Shown here in pieces: positions 11,765-23,125 of a stretch of 64,000 bases of DNA (position 1 is its first letter; each line of letters opens with the position of its first letter). The stretch comes from Leucoraja erinacea (taxonomy: Eukaryota). The notes under the pieces were generated by a model. It saw only the letters and a program-made list of their open reading frames with translations, was not told the origin of the DNA and did not search any database. Where the stretch lies: assembly GCF_028641065.1 (NCBI RefSeq), contig NC_073389.1, positions 32,984,001-33,048,000 on the forward strand, written 5' to 3'. The position numbers and the translations under genes were made by a program.

Positions 11765-13335
11765 AAAGGCAAGGCAAGGCAAGTTTATTTGTATAGCACC
11801 TTTCAACAAGAAGGTAATTCAAAGTTCTTTACATAAAACATTAAAGCATTGGAAAGAAACACATATGAAATGACATTTAGATGTAAAATGATTATTAGAT
11901 TATTCAGATAAAATAATTACAAAATTAAAAGCAATCAAATAAAATATTTAAAATAGAATAAAACCAGGAATAGAAGTTACAGTGCAATATAGGTAATTAA
12001 TAAATTGTATTGTTTACTGAAAGGCAGTGGCAAACAGAAAAGTCTTCAGTCTAGATTTAAAAGAGCTGAGAGTTGCAGCAGACCTGCAGTTTTCTGGGAG
12101 TTTGTTCCAGATATGTGGTGCATAAAAACTAAATGCTGCCTCTCCATGTTTAGTTCTGACTCTGGGGACACAGAGCAGACCTGTCCCAGACGATCTGAGA
12201 GGTCTGGGTGGTTCGTAGCTAAGCAGAAGATCAGAAATGTATTTCGGCCCTAAACCATTCAGTGCTTTGTAAACCAACAGTAGTATTTTGAAATCAATTC
12301 TTTGAAAGACAGGAAGCCAGTGTAAAGACCTCTGAACTGGAGTAATGTGATCTACTTTTTTGGTCTTAGTGAGGACTCGAGCAGCAGCGATCTGAATTAA
12401 CTGCAGCTGTCTGATCGACTTTTTAGGGAGACCTGTAAAGACACTGTTACAGTAGTCGAGCCTGCTGAAGATAAATGCATGGACAAGTTTTTCCAAATCC
12501 TGCTGAGACACAAGTCCTTTAATCCTTGATATATTCTTTAATTGCTAGTAGGCTGACTTTATGACTGTTTTTATGTGGCTGTTGAAGTTCAGGTCTGAGT
12601 CCATGACTACTCCTAAGTTTCTGGCTTGGTTTGTTGTTTTTAGCATTACCATTTGAAGCTGGGTGCTAACTTTTAATCGTTCTTCCTTGGCTCCAAAAAC
12701 AATTATTTCAGTTTTTTCTTTGTTTAATTGGTGAAAATTCTGGTTCATCCAATCGTTGATTTGCTCAATGCATCTACTCAGTGCTTGTATTGGTGATATT
12801 GTTATGTAGATTTGTGTGTCGTCTGCGTAACTATGGTAACATATTTTGATGTTTTTCATGATCTGAGCCAGTGGAAGCATGTAGATGTTAAACAGAAGAG
12901 GCCCCAGAATGGAGCCCTGGGGAACTCCACATGTAATTTTTGCACGCTCAGATGTGTAATTACCTATAGACACAAAGTAGGATTCAAACCATTTTAATGC
13001 TATGCCCGAAAGTCCCACCCAGTTTTCCAGAAGGTCTAGTAATATGTTGTGATCGACTGTGTCGAATGCAGCACTGAGATCTAGTAATACTAAGACTGAA
13101 ATTTTGCCATTGACTGTGTTTAAGTGAATGTCATTGAAGACCTTAACAAGAGCCGTCTCGGTGCTGTGGTGTGGTCTAAATCCTGACTGGAAGACATCAA
13201 AACAGCTGTTCATTAACATGAAATTGTTCAGCTGCTTAAAAACAGCTTTTTCAATGATTTTACAGAGAAATGGGAGGTTTGATATCAGTCTATAATTGTT
13301 CAGTAGTGAAGTGTCTAAGTTTTTCTTTTTTAAGA
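11765..13335 (-). mobile_element. 5'-truncated L2 LINE (RT C-terminal half, 3' UTR, (CTTGC)n tail)
   Basis: ORFs 12545-13219 ([30 protein letters not shown]) and 12014-12511 (SRLDYCN, LHWLP) are L2-type; tail aaggcaaggcaaggcaagtttatt. Confidence 0.93.
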
Positions 13336-13686
13336 CCTCTCAGACACAAATGATCCCATTCTTACTCTTACTCACCAAAATAAAACCCAAATTCCTTGCG
13401 GAATGATTATTCCACCATACAGCATAATAGTTAAGTTAAGGTAGTTAATTACTGAATTATTGAAAGTAGAGTTTGAATTCTACCAGATCATTCAGGTGAT
13501 TTAAATTCGTGCAATTCAATGATTTTTTAAAAATTGACGCTGTAACTACCAAAGCATAATAAACAACCCAATCTGGTCCTCTGTTGTCAAGGTTCAAGGT
13601 CTTTTATTGTCACGTACCAATTAAGGTACAGTGATATTCGATTTATCATGGGAATTAAATCTGTTATCCTTACAGGTCCAGTCCAT

Positions 13687-14231
13687 CATATGCGGGCGTG
13701 GCGTCGAAGGATGAGAAGCCGAAGCAAACAAGTCGAAGCCATATAGCCGAATGGAAACAAAGTCGAAACGCCAAATAACTGAAAGCATACGAAGCCGAAA
13801 TGCCAACGAACCAAACGGGCGGGATGCCGAAAAGCCACTTAACCGAAAGGCTGCATCGCCTACAAGCCAACTAACCGAATGCTGCTCTGCCGTAAAGACA
13901 AATAACGGTCTGGAACAATCGTTTACAAGTCCCACCCCCCAGCGACGTCATGTCCATTATTTGACTTTTTGGCAGAGTGGCATTCGATTAGTTGGCTTGT
14001 AGGTGACGCAGCCTTTTGGTTAGGTGGCGTTTCGGCAGAGCAGCCATTCGGTGAGTTTGTTTTTAGGTGACGCAGCCTTTCTGTTAGTTGGCTTTTAGGC
14101 GTCCCGCCCTTTCGGTTACTTGGCGTTTCGGCTTCGTATGCTTTCGGTTATTTTGCGTTTCGGCTCAGTTTCCATTTGGCTTTGACTTCTTTGCTTTGGC
14201 TTCTCGTCCTTCAACACCACGTTCGGGTACC
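13687..14231. mobile_element. Foldback/Mutator-like MITE with long TIRs made of CCGAA sub-repeats
   Basis: About 200-bp imperfect inverted arms; 9-bp direct repeat ccagtccat at 13678-13686 and 14232-14240. Confidence 0.75.
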
Positions 14232-14264
14232 CCAGTCCATATGCAGGTACAGACTCACAACTGG

Positions 14265-14452
14265 GAGTAATTTGCAGTAACCAATTATGCTCCCGATCAG
14301 AATGTCTTTGGTACATAAATTGGAACTAGAGCATTCTGGAACTGGAGAAAGTCATGCAATCTCAGAGAGAACATGCAGACTCCACAGAGACATGCTTGAT
14401 CAGGATTGAACCCAGGTCGCTGGATCTGTGAGGTAACACCACTACCTGCTGT
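14265..14452 (-). mobile_element. V-SINE fragment
   Basis: caggattgaacccaggtcgctgg head (reverse strand) and V-domain-like segment as in 17716-18023. Confidence 0.6.
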
Positions 14453-14478
14453 CATAATCTATGCATAATAGATGTTAC

Positions 14479-14610
14479 CTGGTAATCTGCCTGCGGCCAA
14501 TGCATCGCCAGGTAAATGCCCATTTACTCCATTGGTTGAAAGGTTACTTTGCTGACCCAGAATTCCACTCCTCATTTCCAGATCAGTAGGATATGGTCTC
14601 CTTGGATCAC
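14479..14610 (-). CDS. MED4: Mediator subunit 4, coding exon 6
   Basis: [44 protein letters not shown]; AG/GT boundaries, 132 bp. Confidence 0.97.
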
Positions 14611-14874
14611 CTAAATCAAAGCATATATCAGAATCAGAAGACTTCCCAATGTGTTTTATTATTAATGTTTAATGTATCATTCTTAACTGTCACTATGTCA
14701 TGTTGTCACTTGTGGGCGGAGCACCAAGGCAAATTCCTTGTATGTGAATACTTGGCCAATAAACTTATTCTTTCATTCATTAGTGTGAAAAAGCAAACCT
14801 TGTTTCACTATTCTATAATAATATTCAGTGTGCGACTAAATAGGTTGAAAATTAGAATATAGTTGCGCACACAT

Positions 14875-15200
14875 TTCTATGACTGCCCCTTTCCCCTTCC
14901 ACCCACATCCCTTCATTTGGCTTAGGTTTCATTTTTTCTCTTTCTTACCTGGAATTCTTTTGTCTCCTTTTCACCTCCAGCCTTCGTTACTTACCCCACC
15001 CATCTGCCAATCACCTTACCCACTCACCGGTATCCACCTATCACTTCCCACGGTTTGTCACATCTCCAGCATTCTCTCCCTTATTCCAATCAGTCTGAAG
15101 AAGAGGCCCAACCCAAAGTGTTGTCTGTTCATTCCTTCCATAGACGTTGCATGACCAGCTAAGTTTCTCTAACGTGTTTTTAAACTATAAATGCAGGTCA
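14875..15200 (+). mobile_element. Penelope-like element 3' (pLTR) fragment with degenerate hammerhead core
   Basis: Pyrimidine-rich stretch then cagtctgaagaag...acccaaagtgttg, homologous to 57255-57570. Confidence 0.6.
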
Positions 15201-15681
15201 CATATTTCTGATTTTTATTCTTTCAGTGTGATCTAACTGATAATATTTCACAAGGTGACCCAATTGCAGAACAAGGAAGGTTTTACAACAAAATTGTTTT
15301 TTAGTGCTGATTAAATTAAACTTCAGGTCAGGAGGAAGATTCAAGGCATTCACAAGAATGATTATTGGGAAGACATTGAGGACTATTTGATAAAATATCA
15401 TATTATAAACAATGGTGAAAAAGAATTCAGAGTTTTCAAAAATAAGAGGAGTGAGCCATTAACACCACAGGGAAAAGGTACAAGTATAATATATCTTGTC
15501 CTGAACCTTTCTATGATTTCATACATTCAGTGCTGCTTTTCCTGCATTGAGGGGAAATATAATACATTTAACAGTTTAAACATAAGTAGGAATATTTAAT
15601 GTGAAATGGGTATTAATATTTAGGGCATTAGTACAATGGCATAATTAAAATATTGAATATCAAATACATTTTAATTCCTAC

Positions 15682-15768
15682 CTGGCACCCATGTTAATGG
15701 TGCTGCTACAGCATTACTGGCACTTATCCTGTGAGCATATTTAATAAGTTCTTCAGATGAGATTGCAC
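15682..15768 (-). CDS. MED4: Mediator subunit 4, coding exon 5
   Basis: [29 protein letters not shown]; AG/GT boundaries, 87 bp. Confidence 0.97.
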
Positions 15769-16220
15769 CTAGAATGAAAATTGAACAATTATTCCTTTCC
15801 AATCTGATCTCAGAAATAAAAACAGATTCAGCTGATCCAAACTCTTAAATAATATTGGGAATATTTTCTTGTTGTATTCTTGCAGAAAATCTCTACAAAT
15901 GATCACTGTAGTTTTTTCAATGTTGTCAAAGATGTTTTAATTCTTGTCAGCATCAGTAAACATGCAAAATAATTAGCATCATAATTCCTCCTACAGAAGG
16001 TCAAGAATTTGCTGTGAACAATTGAAAAACTAATACAGTGACATTACAATTGAAATCAGAAAATCAGTATCATTATACAATTATTAAAAGCATACAGTAA
16101 TATTTCCAATCTACAAATTTCCTCTGAAAAAATGTCTACAATAGAAGACATGCTTAATTGCCTCTGCACTGTTGTAGCAATGTATAACATTTAAGTAATT
16201 TTATTTTTAATTATATCTAC

Positions 16221-16278
16221 CTTTTCTTGCTTTCTCTATAGATTTTAACTTCTCTTTGGCTTGATACACAGCAGTTGC
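16221..16278 (-). CDS. MED4: Mediator subunit 4, coding exon 4
   Basis: ATAVYQAKEKLKSIEKARK matches human; aag acceptor, gtag donor, 58 bp. Confidence 0.96.
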
Positions 16279-17392
16279 CTTGGGGGAGAAAAAGGGTGTA
16301 TTTAGTATTTCATTTACTGGGCATCAACTTCCATTATTTCCTTACTGACACAAATTGTAGATATAAATGCATCTTTTTTAGAATTATAATCAACCACTTT
16401 ACAGTTCCATTAGTTTCGAAGTCTTATGGAAGACTGACATCTAATAATGATGAAATTAAGCTTGAACAATGACATGATTCCAGAGAAATTTCCAAGAAAC
16501 AGATCAAAACATAATTCCTTTGCTTTCAAAAGGTTCAAAATAATGCTAAATGCCCGTTATAAAGTCTGATAAAAATAATCAGTTTTAAGAATTGCAATGT
16601 CTATTATTAATATCTTCCGTGTTTTCGTGTGTATTTAAAGCAGCACCAGGTGAACACACTACCTGGCAGTAGAAACCTCTTTAAAGTACATTTGTTCAAC
16701 TTGGAGAAAATCTTACTGGCCAACCAAATAGTTAGCCAAAGCAGGTTCAACAACTGAATGTACTAACATCAGAATTAATATTTCATCTAGTCACATCCTC
16801 ACTAACTCCTTGGAATCAGAAAATTGAGTCAGTATACGACGAAATGCCTTATTTATGGAAAAGGAAAAGCCACTGTGCCCTATAGCTCCTTTGTCTTAGA
16901 GAAAAAACGGACCAATATCTTGATCCGATAAACCACCATCAGATTGTGTTGCAGTCATTCACCAAAGATTAGTTGGGATCACCTGAGATTGTTGAGCATT
17001 AATCTGTTATCCTATTCTGCATCCACGTGTCATGTGCAGCAAAACAATATCGAGGAGCATCTCTGGATCTAGAATAGTCCTCAAAATTCCTATTCAAGCT
17101 TTAATATTGCTACCTGGAACAACACTATAACTGCTCAGGTTCATGCATTATGTAACTGGATTGAATAGAAGAAGATACTGGCAACCATATATTTTATATT
17201 ATTGCAAAAGCTATATTTACATACTTATTTCAATACAAGTTGGTTAAGAGCTAAATGATCTACAAAACTGGTAGAAATCATTTGTTTGATATTACCTATA
17301 GAAATAGACAACATAGGTTAGATTGTTGGTGAGTACAAATATAGTTTAAATCATTAAGCCAGAGGATTTTGTTTCTTCAGGCACACAAAGTA

Positions 17393-18188
17393 CAGGTCCA
17401 CCACCAATTTTCCGGCACCCTTGGTTCCAGAGCCTTTCTGAATTAGCCATTTTGCCGGACCGACAGGTGTCACAGCTTCTTGGGGAGTCCAACAGTAGCA
17501 GAATGGCCTGCCTATGTTTCCCAGGGACCAAGATACGTTCCTGCAAAGTCCGCCTAGTAAGTTGGTTATGGGAACGTATATGCCGGCACCATCTGGGCTG
17601 GTGTTTCAAAGCCTTGACTGCAGGAGGCTGATTTGACTCACCGGTCGGCACCGAAGTCCCGATGAGGTCAGGATTGTCCATCTCACCTGGCCTTGGCACC
17701 ACATTTTGGGGAATAGTTTAGTTTAGAGATACAGAGCAGAAACAGGTCCTTTGGCCCACCGAGTTTGCACCGATCAGCGATCCCTGCACATTAACACTAC
17801 CCTACACACAATAGGGACAATTTACACTTATACCAAGCTAATTAACCCACCTACCTGTACCTCGTTGGAGTGTGGGAAGAAACCGAAGATCTCAAAGAAA
17901 ACCCATGCGGTCACAGGCAGAAGGTACAAACTCCGTTCAGACAGCACCTGTAGCTGGGATAGAACCCTGTTCTCTGGTGCTGCAAGCGCTGTAAGGCAGC
18001 AACTCTACTGCTGCGCCATCGTGAGAGGCAGATTTGACTTGCCAGTCGGCACGGAAGCCTCGATGAGGTTGGGATTGCACCACATTTTTGGGGAGACTTC
18101 CTGGGACGATTTCAAGTGCACTCTCTCTAAATTTTGTCCAGACAAAAGGACAAGACCACCAGTTGCCGGAAAATTGGTGGTGGACCTG
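17393..18188. mobile_element. Tc1/mariner (pogo/Tigger-like) MITE with nested SINE
   Basis: TIR CAGGTCCACCACCAATTTTCCGGCA at both ends, TA on both sides; related copy at 38822-39206. Confidence 0.85.
17716..18023 (-). mobile_element. V-SINE (HE1-like), near full length
   Basis: tRNA-like head, V-domain (gagtttgtac.ttct.cc.gtgacc.c.tgggttttc), CR1-like tail with (CTAAA)n. Confidence 0.8.
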
Positions 18189-18821
18189 TACTTCAAAGCT
18201 TCCTCAATTTTGCATTGCCTCTGAAATAAACAAAGTCTACTATCTATTTTTAAAAGCGAATGGCAGAATCCGTTGAATAAAAATGCACTTAATGCATTGC
18301 TACCACAGAGTGAAGCGATGCTTTTCAACTAGACCATTTACCAAAATTTAAGTCTTTGTGTATGTCTATATGCATGGATTAAATGTATCAGGAGCTTATT
18401 TGTATAGCTACAAATGAGAATGGCAAGAATGGCTAAAAGACTAACAGTTGAAATCAGGGGTGTAAGTAAGCAAGTGTGGATGGCAGGTAAATGGAAATAA
18501 TTTGGGGGAATGGCAAGGTTCTGAGAGGCATAATATGAAGGGTTTCTATATTATAAGAAAAGCTTACTATATTATAAGAACAGCTTTTTATATTATAAGA
18601 AAATACAAATTATATCTGATGTGTTAGCTGACACGGGGACCATGATTCAACAAATGATTCCTGGTCTGTGCTGAGTTAGCTGATCTCAGTGGTGCTGCAA
18701 AAGTTAACGAAGGAGAACGAAGGGATCTAAAAATACACAGCCACACTTTATATGCTAATGTAATATGAAATGCACCACAGTTTGAAACTACACAAAATCA
18801 ATATAGGATTTGAGACAGCCA

Positions 18822-19016
18822 GGAAAGACACAAAATGCTGGAGTAACTCAGCGGGACAGGCAGGGGAGAGCTAACTCTTCTGACATCAGTCTGAAGAAGG
18901 GTCTCGACCCAAAATGTTATCCATTCTTTCTCTCCAGAGATGTTGCCTGTTCCGTTGAGATACATGTTGTGTCTTACCTTCGATTTAAACCAGCATCTGC
19001 AGTTCTTTACTACACA
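18822..19016 (+). mobile_element. Penelope-derived short element (inverted stub plus direct arm) with degenerate hammerhead
   Basis: cagtctgaagaagggtctcgacccaaaatgtt, followed by the shared ...ccagcatctgcagttc...tacac end. Confidence 0.8.
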
Positions 19017-19747
19017 AAATGAGACAGCCAATTTGTCTTGAGTAAGTGCACAAACAGCACTATGTCAGCACAGATTATCAGTTTGGTGACATTAGTTTCA
19101 TGTTTCCTTAGATAATGCCCTTGTTCTTGTTTGAAACAACAGTAAAGGAGCTTTTATATCTATGTGGAAGAGCATATCAAATGTTTTTTTATGTCTCAAC
19201 TGAAACTAACACCTCAACAGGCAATGCTTCCTCAGTAAATGGACAGCTTACAAATGTGCACGTTTTCTGGTTTGGGACTGGGAACCACACCTTACGACTG
19301 CAGAGTGAATTTTACAACAAGAGCCAAAGCTGACCAGATTTTAATATTGAGTGGAAGAAAGGTCGACGCTGGTCTGTGCTTCTTATAAACAAAGCTGAGT
19401 GACACTACCATCAGATTTGTATTAAACCAATGCCCCTAACTTAATATTGTTGACAAAATCTGTAGGAAATATGAATTTTGGTGGCATGTTATCCAGGTAG
19501 AGAGCATTTCTTAATATAAACAGAATTGACAGAGCGTGAGCACAAGCATTACAAGATTAATAAAGTATATAAGGTTTTACTGTGTTTTAGGAAATAGATT
19601 ATCTGGATAATACAGTATCACCAGAGGTATTAAAAGCCAGTACATCCGACTGAAGTTATGAAGATAATTATCATCTGCCAATTATCAAATTCCAACAAAA
19701 AGTTTTCTACAGATTAAGGATTTAAAAAAAATGCAGCTATAACTCAC

Positions 19748-19918
19748 TAATACGTGCTCAGCCTCTTTGAGCTGCTTCTGTAACTGCTGGATGTCACCAT
19801 CTCGTTTCTCCATCTCTTTCTCGAGAATGTGCATTTCCTCCTGGGTTTTACCTTGCTCTAATGCAACTTTTACTATTTCTTGGAATTCTCCATCCTTCTG
19901 AATCAGTAAATTCAAGAT
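19748..19918 (-). CDS. MED4: Mediator subunit 4, coding exon 3
   Basis: [57 protein letters not shown]; AG/GT boundaries, 171 bp. Confidence 0.97.
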
Positions 19919-20289
19919 CTGAAACGGAAATCAATTTTAAGATGGATAAACATTTTTCAGTTACTTGTGCAAGCTAATTTTGCAATACAGTGAAAACCCA
20001 ATATCATGCAAAAAAACCAAAACAATGCTCAAAGTCCCTAATGCAACCAAGGCAGTTCACATTTCAGAGTTTAGATGGAGTTCGTAATGTTCAGTTGCCT
20101 GATGGTTGTTGTGAAGAAGTTGTTTCTGAACCAGGGCATTACAGTTTTCTGACCCCCATACCTTCTTCTTGATCACAGGTGCGCAATGCGGCGTCACTCA
20201 CACTAATCATCCCCCCCCCCACACATACACACACACACTAGCCACCTCACACACACTAAACACCCCCCCACACACACTGGCCACCAGAG

Positions 20290-20870
20290 GGGCAGAGAGA
20301 GGAGGCAGAGAGAGAGAGGGCAGAGAGGGAGAGGGGGGCAGAGAGGGAGAGAGGGTGGCAGAGAGGGAGGGGGGGGGAGAGAGGAGGTGGGGAAGAGAGA
20401 GGGGAAAGGAGGGGAGGGAAGAGGGGGGGAGGGGGGGGGAGGAGGGAGGGAAGAGGAGGGGGGAGGGAAGAGGAGGGGGGGGGAGAGGAGGGAAGGGAGG
20501 GAAAGGGAGGGGGAGGAGGGGGGAGGGAAGAGGAGGGGGGGGGGGAAGAGGAGGGGGGAGGGAAGAGGAAAGGAGGGGGGGGAAGAGGAGGGGGGAGGGA
20601 AGAGGAGGGGGGAGGAAAGAGGAGGGGGGAGGAGGGAGGGGGGAGAGGGGGGGGGAGGAAAGAGGAGGGGGGAGGTAAGAGGAGGGGGGAGGTAAGAGGA
20701 GGGGGGAGGAAAGAGGAGGGGGGAGGAGGAGGAGAGGGGAGGTAAGGGGAGGGGGAGGGAGGAAAGAGGAGGGGGGAGGAGGGAGGAAGAGGAGGGGAGG
20801 GGGGAGGAGGGAGGAGGGAGGGGGAGGAGGGAGGAAAGAGGAGGGGGAGGAAAGAGGAGGGGGGAGGAAA
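20290..20870. repeat. Polypurine (GA-rich) low-complexity tract inside a Helitron-like remnant
   Basis: About 580 bp of almost pure G/A with AAGAGGAGGGGGG units; flank 20185-20215 matches the reverse complement of the Helitron at 22680-22710. Confidence 0.9.
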
Positions 20871-20992
20871 GTCTTTGCAGATTTGTGCACATTTTGATTA
20901 ATAACTCGAGAAATAATGCATGAATTTTTCAGATAAGGCGATTTTGGACTCCAGAGGAAAAATCTCTACCGGAATATGCAAAAATTCCTTAC

Positions 20993-21059
20993 GTGGTTTT
21001 CTTCTCCTGGCTGTGCAATTTTCTGGTTTCTTGATAATGCAAGAATTTCTATTAATTCC
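20993..21059 (-). CDS. MED4: Mediator subunit 4, coding exon 2
   Basis: ELIEILALSRNQKIAQPGEENH; cttcag acceptor, gtaagg donor, 67 bp. Confidence 0.95.
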
Positions 21060-21414
21060 CTGAAGATAAAGAGAAAAATAACTAAAATGAAGTTTGGGCC
21101 CTGATCATGAAAAATAAATTTCAGGTACCTGCACTAATCAAGTGAGGTTATTTTTTTACATTCTCAATGCGAATGATGTCTATCGTCATCATTGTATTGA
21201 CTTTAACTTTTCGAAACCAGCAACATGAAACATTTCTAGCTCAAGGACAACATGGCTAGAAGGAATATAAACATACTTCTATTGTGATCCAGCAATATAG
21301 CTTTCTCAGGACCAAAGAGGAGCAGCTTTTATTACATCAATCTAACATTCCCCAGGCCAGCCGACCATACCGCGAAACTGATTGATTGTTTGATTTTATT
21401 TTTGCCAAATCATA

Positions 21415-21830
21415 TGTACACTCTGGACTTTAGAAGGATGAGAGGGTATCTCATTGAAACGTATAAGATTGTTAAGGACTTGGACACACTAGAGGCAGGA
21501 AACAAGTTTCCAATGTTGGGGGAGTGCAGAACCAGGGGCCACAGTTTAAGAATAAGGAGTAAGGCATTTAGAAGGGATACACTTTTCCTCACAGAGAGTG
21601 GCGAGTCTGTGGAATTCTCTGCCTCAGAGGCAGGTTCTCTGGATGCTTTCAAGAGAGAGCTAGACAGGGCTCTTAAAAATAGCGGAGTCAGGGGATATGG
21701 GGAGAAGGCAGGAACGGGGTACTGATTGGGGATGATCAGCTATGATCACATTGAATGGCGGTGCTGGCTCGAATGGCCAAACGGCCTACTCCTGCACCTA
21801 TTGTCTATAGTCTATTGTCTATAGTCTACT
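21415..21830 (+). mobile_element. CR1 3' end fragment
   Basis: RRMRG.LIETYKI...RTRGHSLRI plus 3' UTR ending in ctattgtctat repeats. Confidence 0.9.
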
Positions 21831-21996
21831 CACAAATGATGTATCAACGGATAGCAGGGTTGGGATTCTTAAATTTACTTCAAAATACTGTAAAACAGAA
21901 AACTTTCATCATCCAATGTTGCTGGATTTGAACCCAAATGCCAGATTTCCCTAATGCAAGGCATTACCCAGTACCTATTAGATCTATTTTGTCTCA

Positions 21997-22775
21997 TCTA
22001 TATTACTAAAACTCTGTTCTTGACCGGTTTCGGCTTTCTGTGCTGCGGTTTCCGAGAGTAGTGCCTCAACCAGTCTCTGCAAGTGGTGTGCCTCAATCAG
22101 TCTCTGCAAGCGGCGTGCCTCAATCCGAGCTCTGAATGACAGACAAATGTCAACAGCACTGCGAGGACGCTTAATTTGGTCTGAAAATCAACAAAAAGTC
22201 AGTTTGAAGTAAAGAAGCATTGCCTGCAAATGGCTGTTTGGGTTGAATTTCTCTCTCTCTCTCTCTCCCTCTCCCCCTCTCTCTCTCTCCTCTCTCTCTC
22301 CCCTCCTTCCTCCCTCCCCTAAACTCCCTCCAGTCCACACCCCCTACGCTCTTCCCTCCACCCTCCCTCTCCCTCCACCCCACCTCTCCACCTCACAGCA
22401 CCACCTCACTCTCACCCTCTCCCTCTCCTCCCCTACCTTTCCCCCCCCTCACCCACCCTCCCTCTTATCCCCCTATCCCTCTTGCCCCTCTCTCTGTGTC
22501 TCTGTCTCTCTCTCTGTCTCTGCCCCTTCTCTCTCTACCCCCCCCCCCCTCTCTAGATGTGACTGCAAGTTGGGGGCTATGCGTCAGTAGATAGGGTGGT
22601 TATGGGGTAAAAGGAGCAAATTAATAATATTAATATAATATCAAGGGGGGTAATGGGTAATTAGCGTGAGTGCGGGGGGGCGGGGGATAGTTAGTGTGTG
22701 ACGCTGCATGCCGCCTCCCCCCCCACAACCGCACTTTGGGGGAACAGACCCAACGGGTCTGCACTTGTGGTCTAG
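21997..22775 (+). mobile_element. Non-autonomous Helitron
   Basis: A|TCTATATTACTAAAA 5' end, cagaccc-aac-gggtctg hairpin, CTAG|T 3' end, no TSD; internal 27-bp repeats and CT-rich tract. Confidence 0.85.
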
Positions 22776-22920
22776 TCAATTATATAACTTTCCCCAAATG
22801 CACAATAACATTCATTCAAACTTCATTTATAACTATTCAATCACAAGGAACATCCAAACATACCCATCTGCTGTACATTCTCCAGTGAACAGAAAGAGGA
22901 ATTATTTTCTCATGTTTTTA

Positions 22921-23125
22921 CCCAGGTCTGGCTGCAAGTTCCCAGGTCGGCTGTGTGCCCCACGAATGACTGCAGTTCCCAGGTCACCTGCGTGCCACAG
23001 GACTGGCTGTGGCGCCCAGGTCGGCTCGCTTGCCCCAGGTCTGGCTGTGACACCCAGGACTGCTGCGTGCCACGCGAATGGCTGCAGTTCCCAGGTCGGC
23101 TCGCTTGCCCCAGGTCTGGCTGTTG
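22921..23125. repeat. Minisatellite of CCCAGGTC-containing units (about 78-bp higher-order duplication)
   Basis: cccaggtcggctcgcttgccccaggtctggctgt occurs twice; cccaggtc recurs about 7 times. Confidence 0.8.

Noticed and set aside
17960-18023. tRNA-like A/B boxes
   Set aside because: They are the head of a V-SINE, with no complete cloverleaf.
20169-20892. Long Gly/Arg/Glu-rich and Pro/Ser/Leu-rich ORFs (up to 229 aa)
   Set aside because: Produced by the GA/CT low-complexity tract, which lacks stop codons; no splice or homology support.
22060-23125. Spaced short repeats resembling a CRISPR array (also 26565-26795)
   Set aside because: Vertebrate context, degenerate tandem units with no unique spacers and no cas genes.
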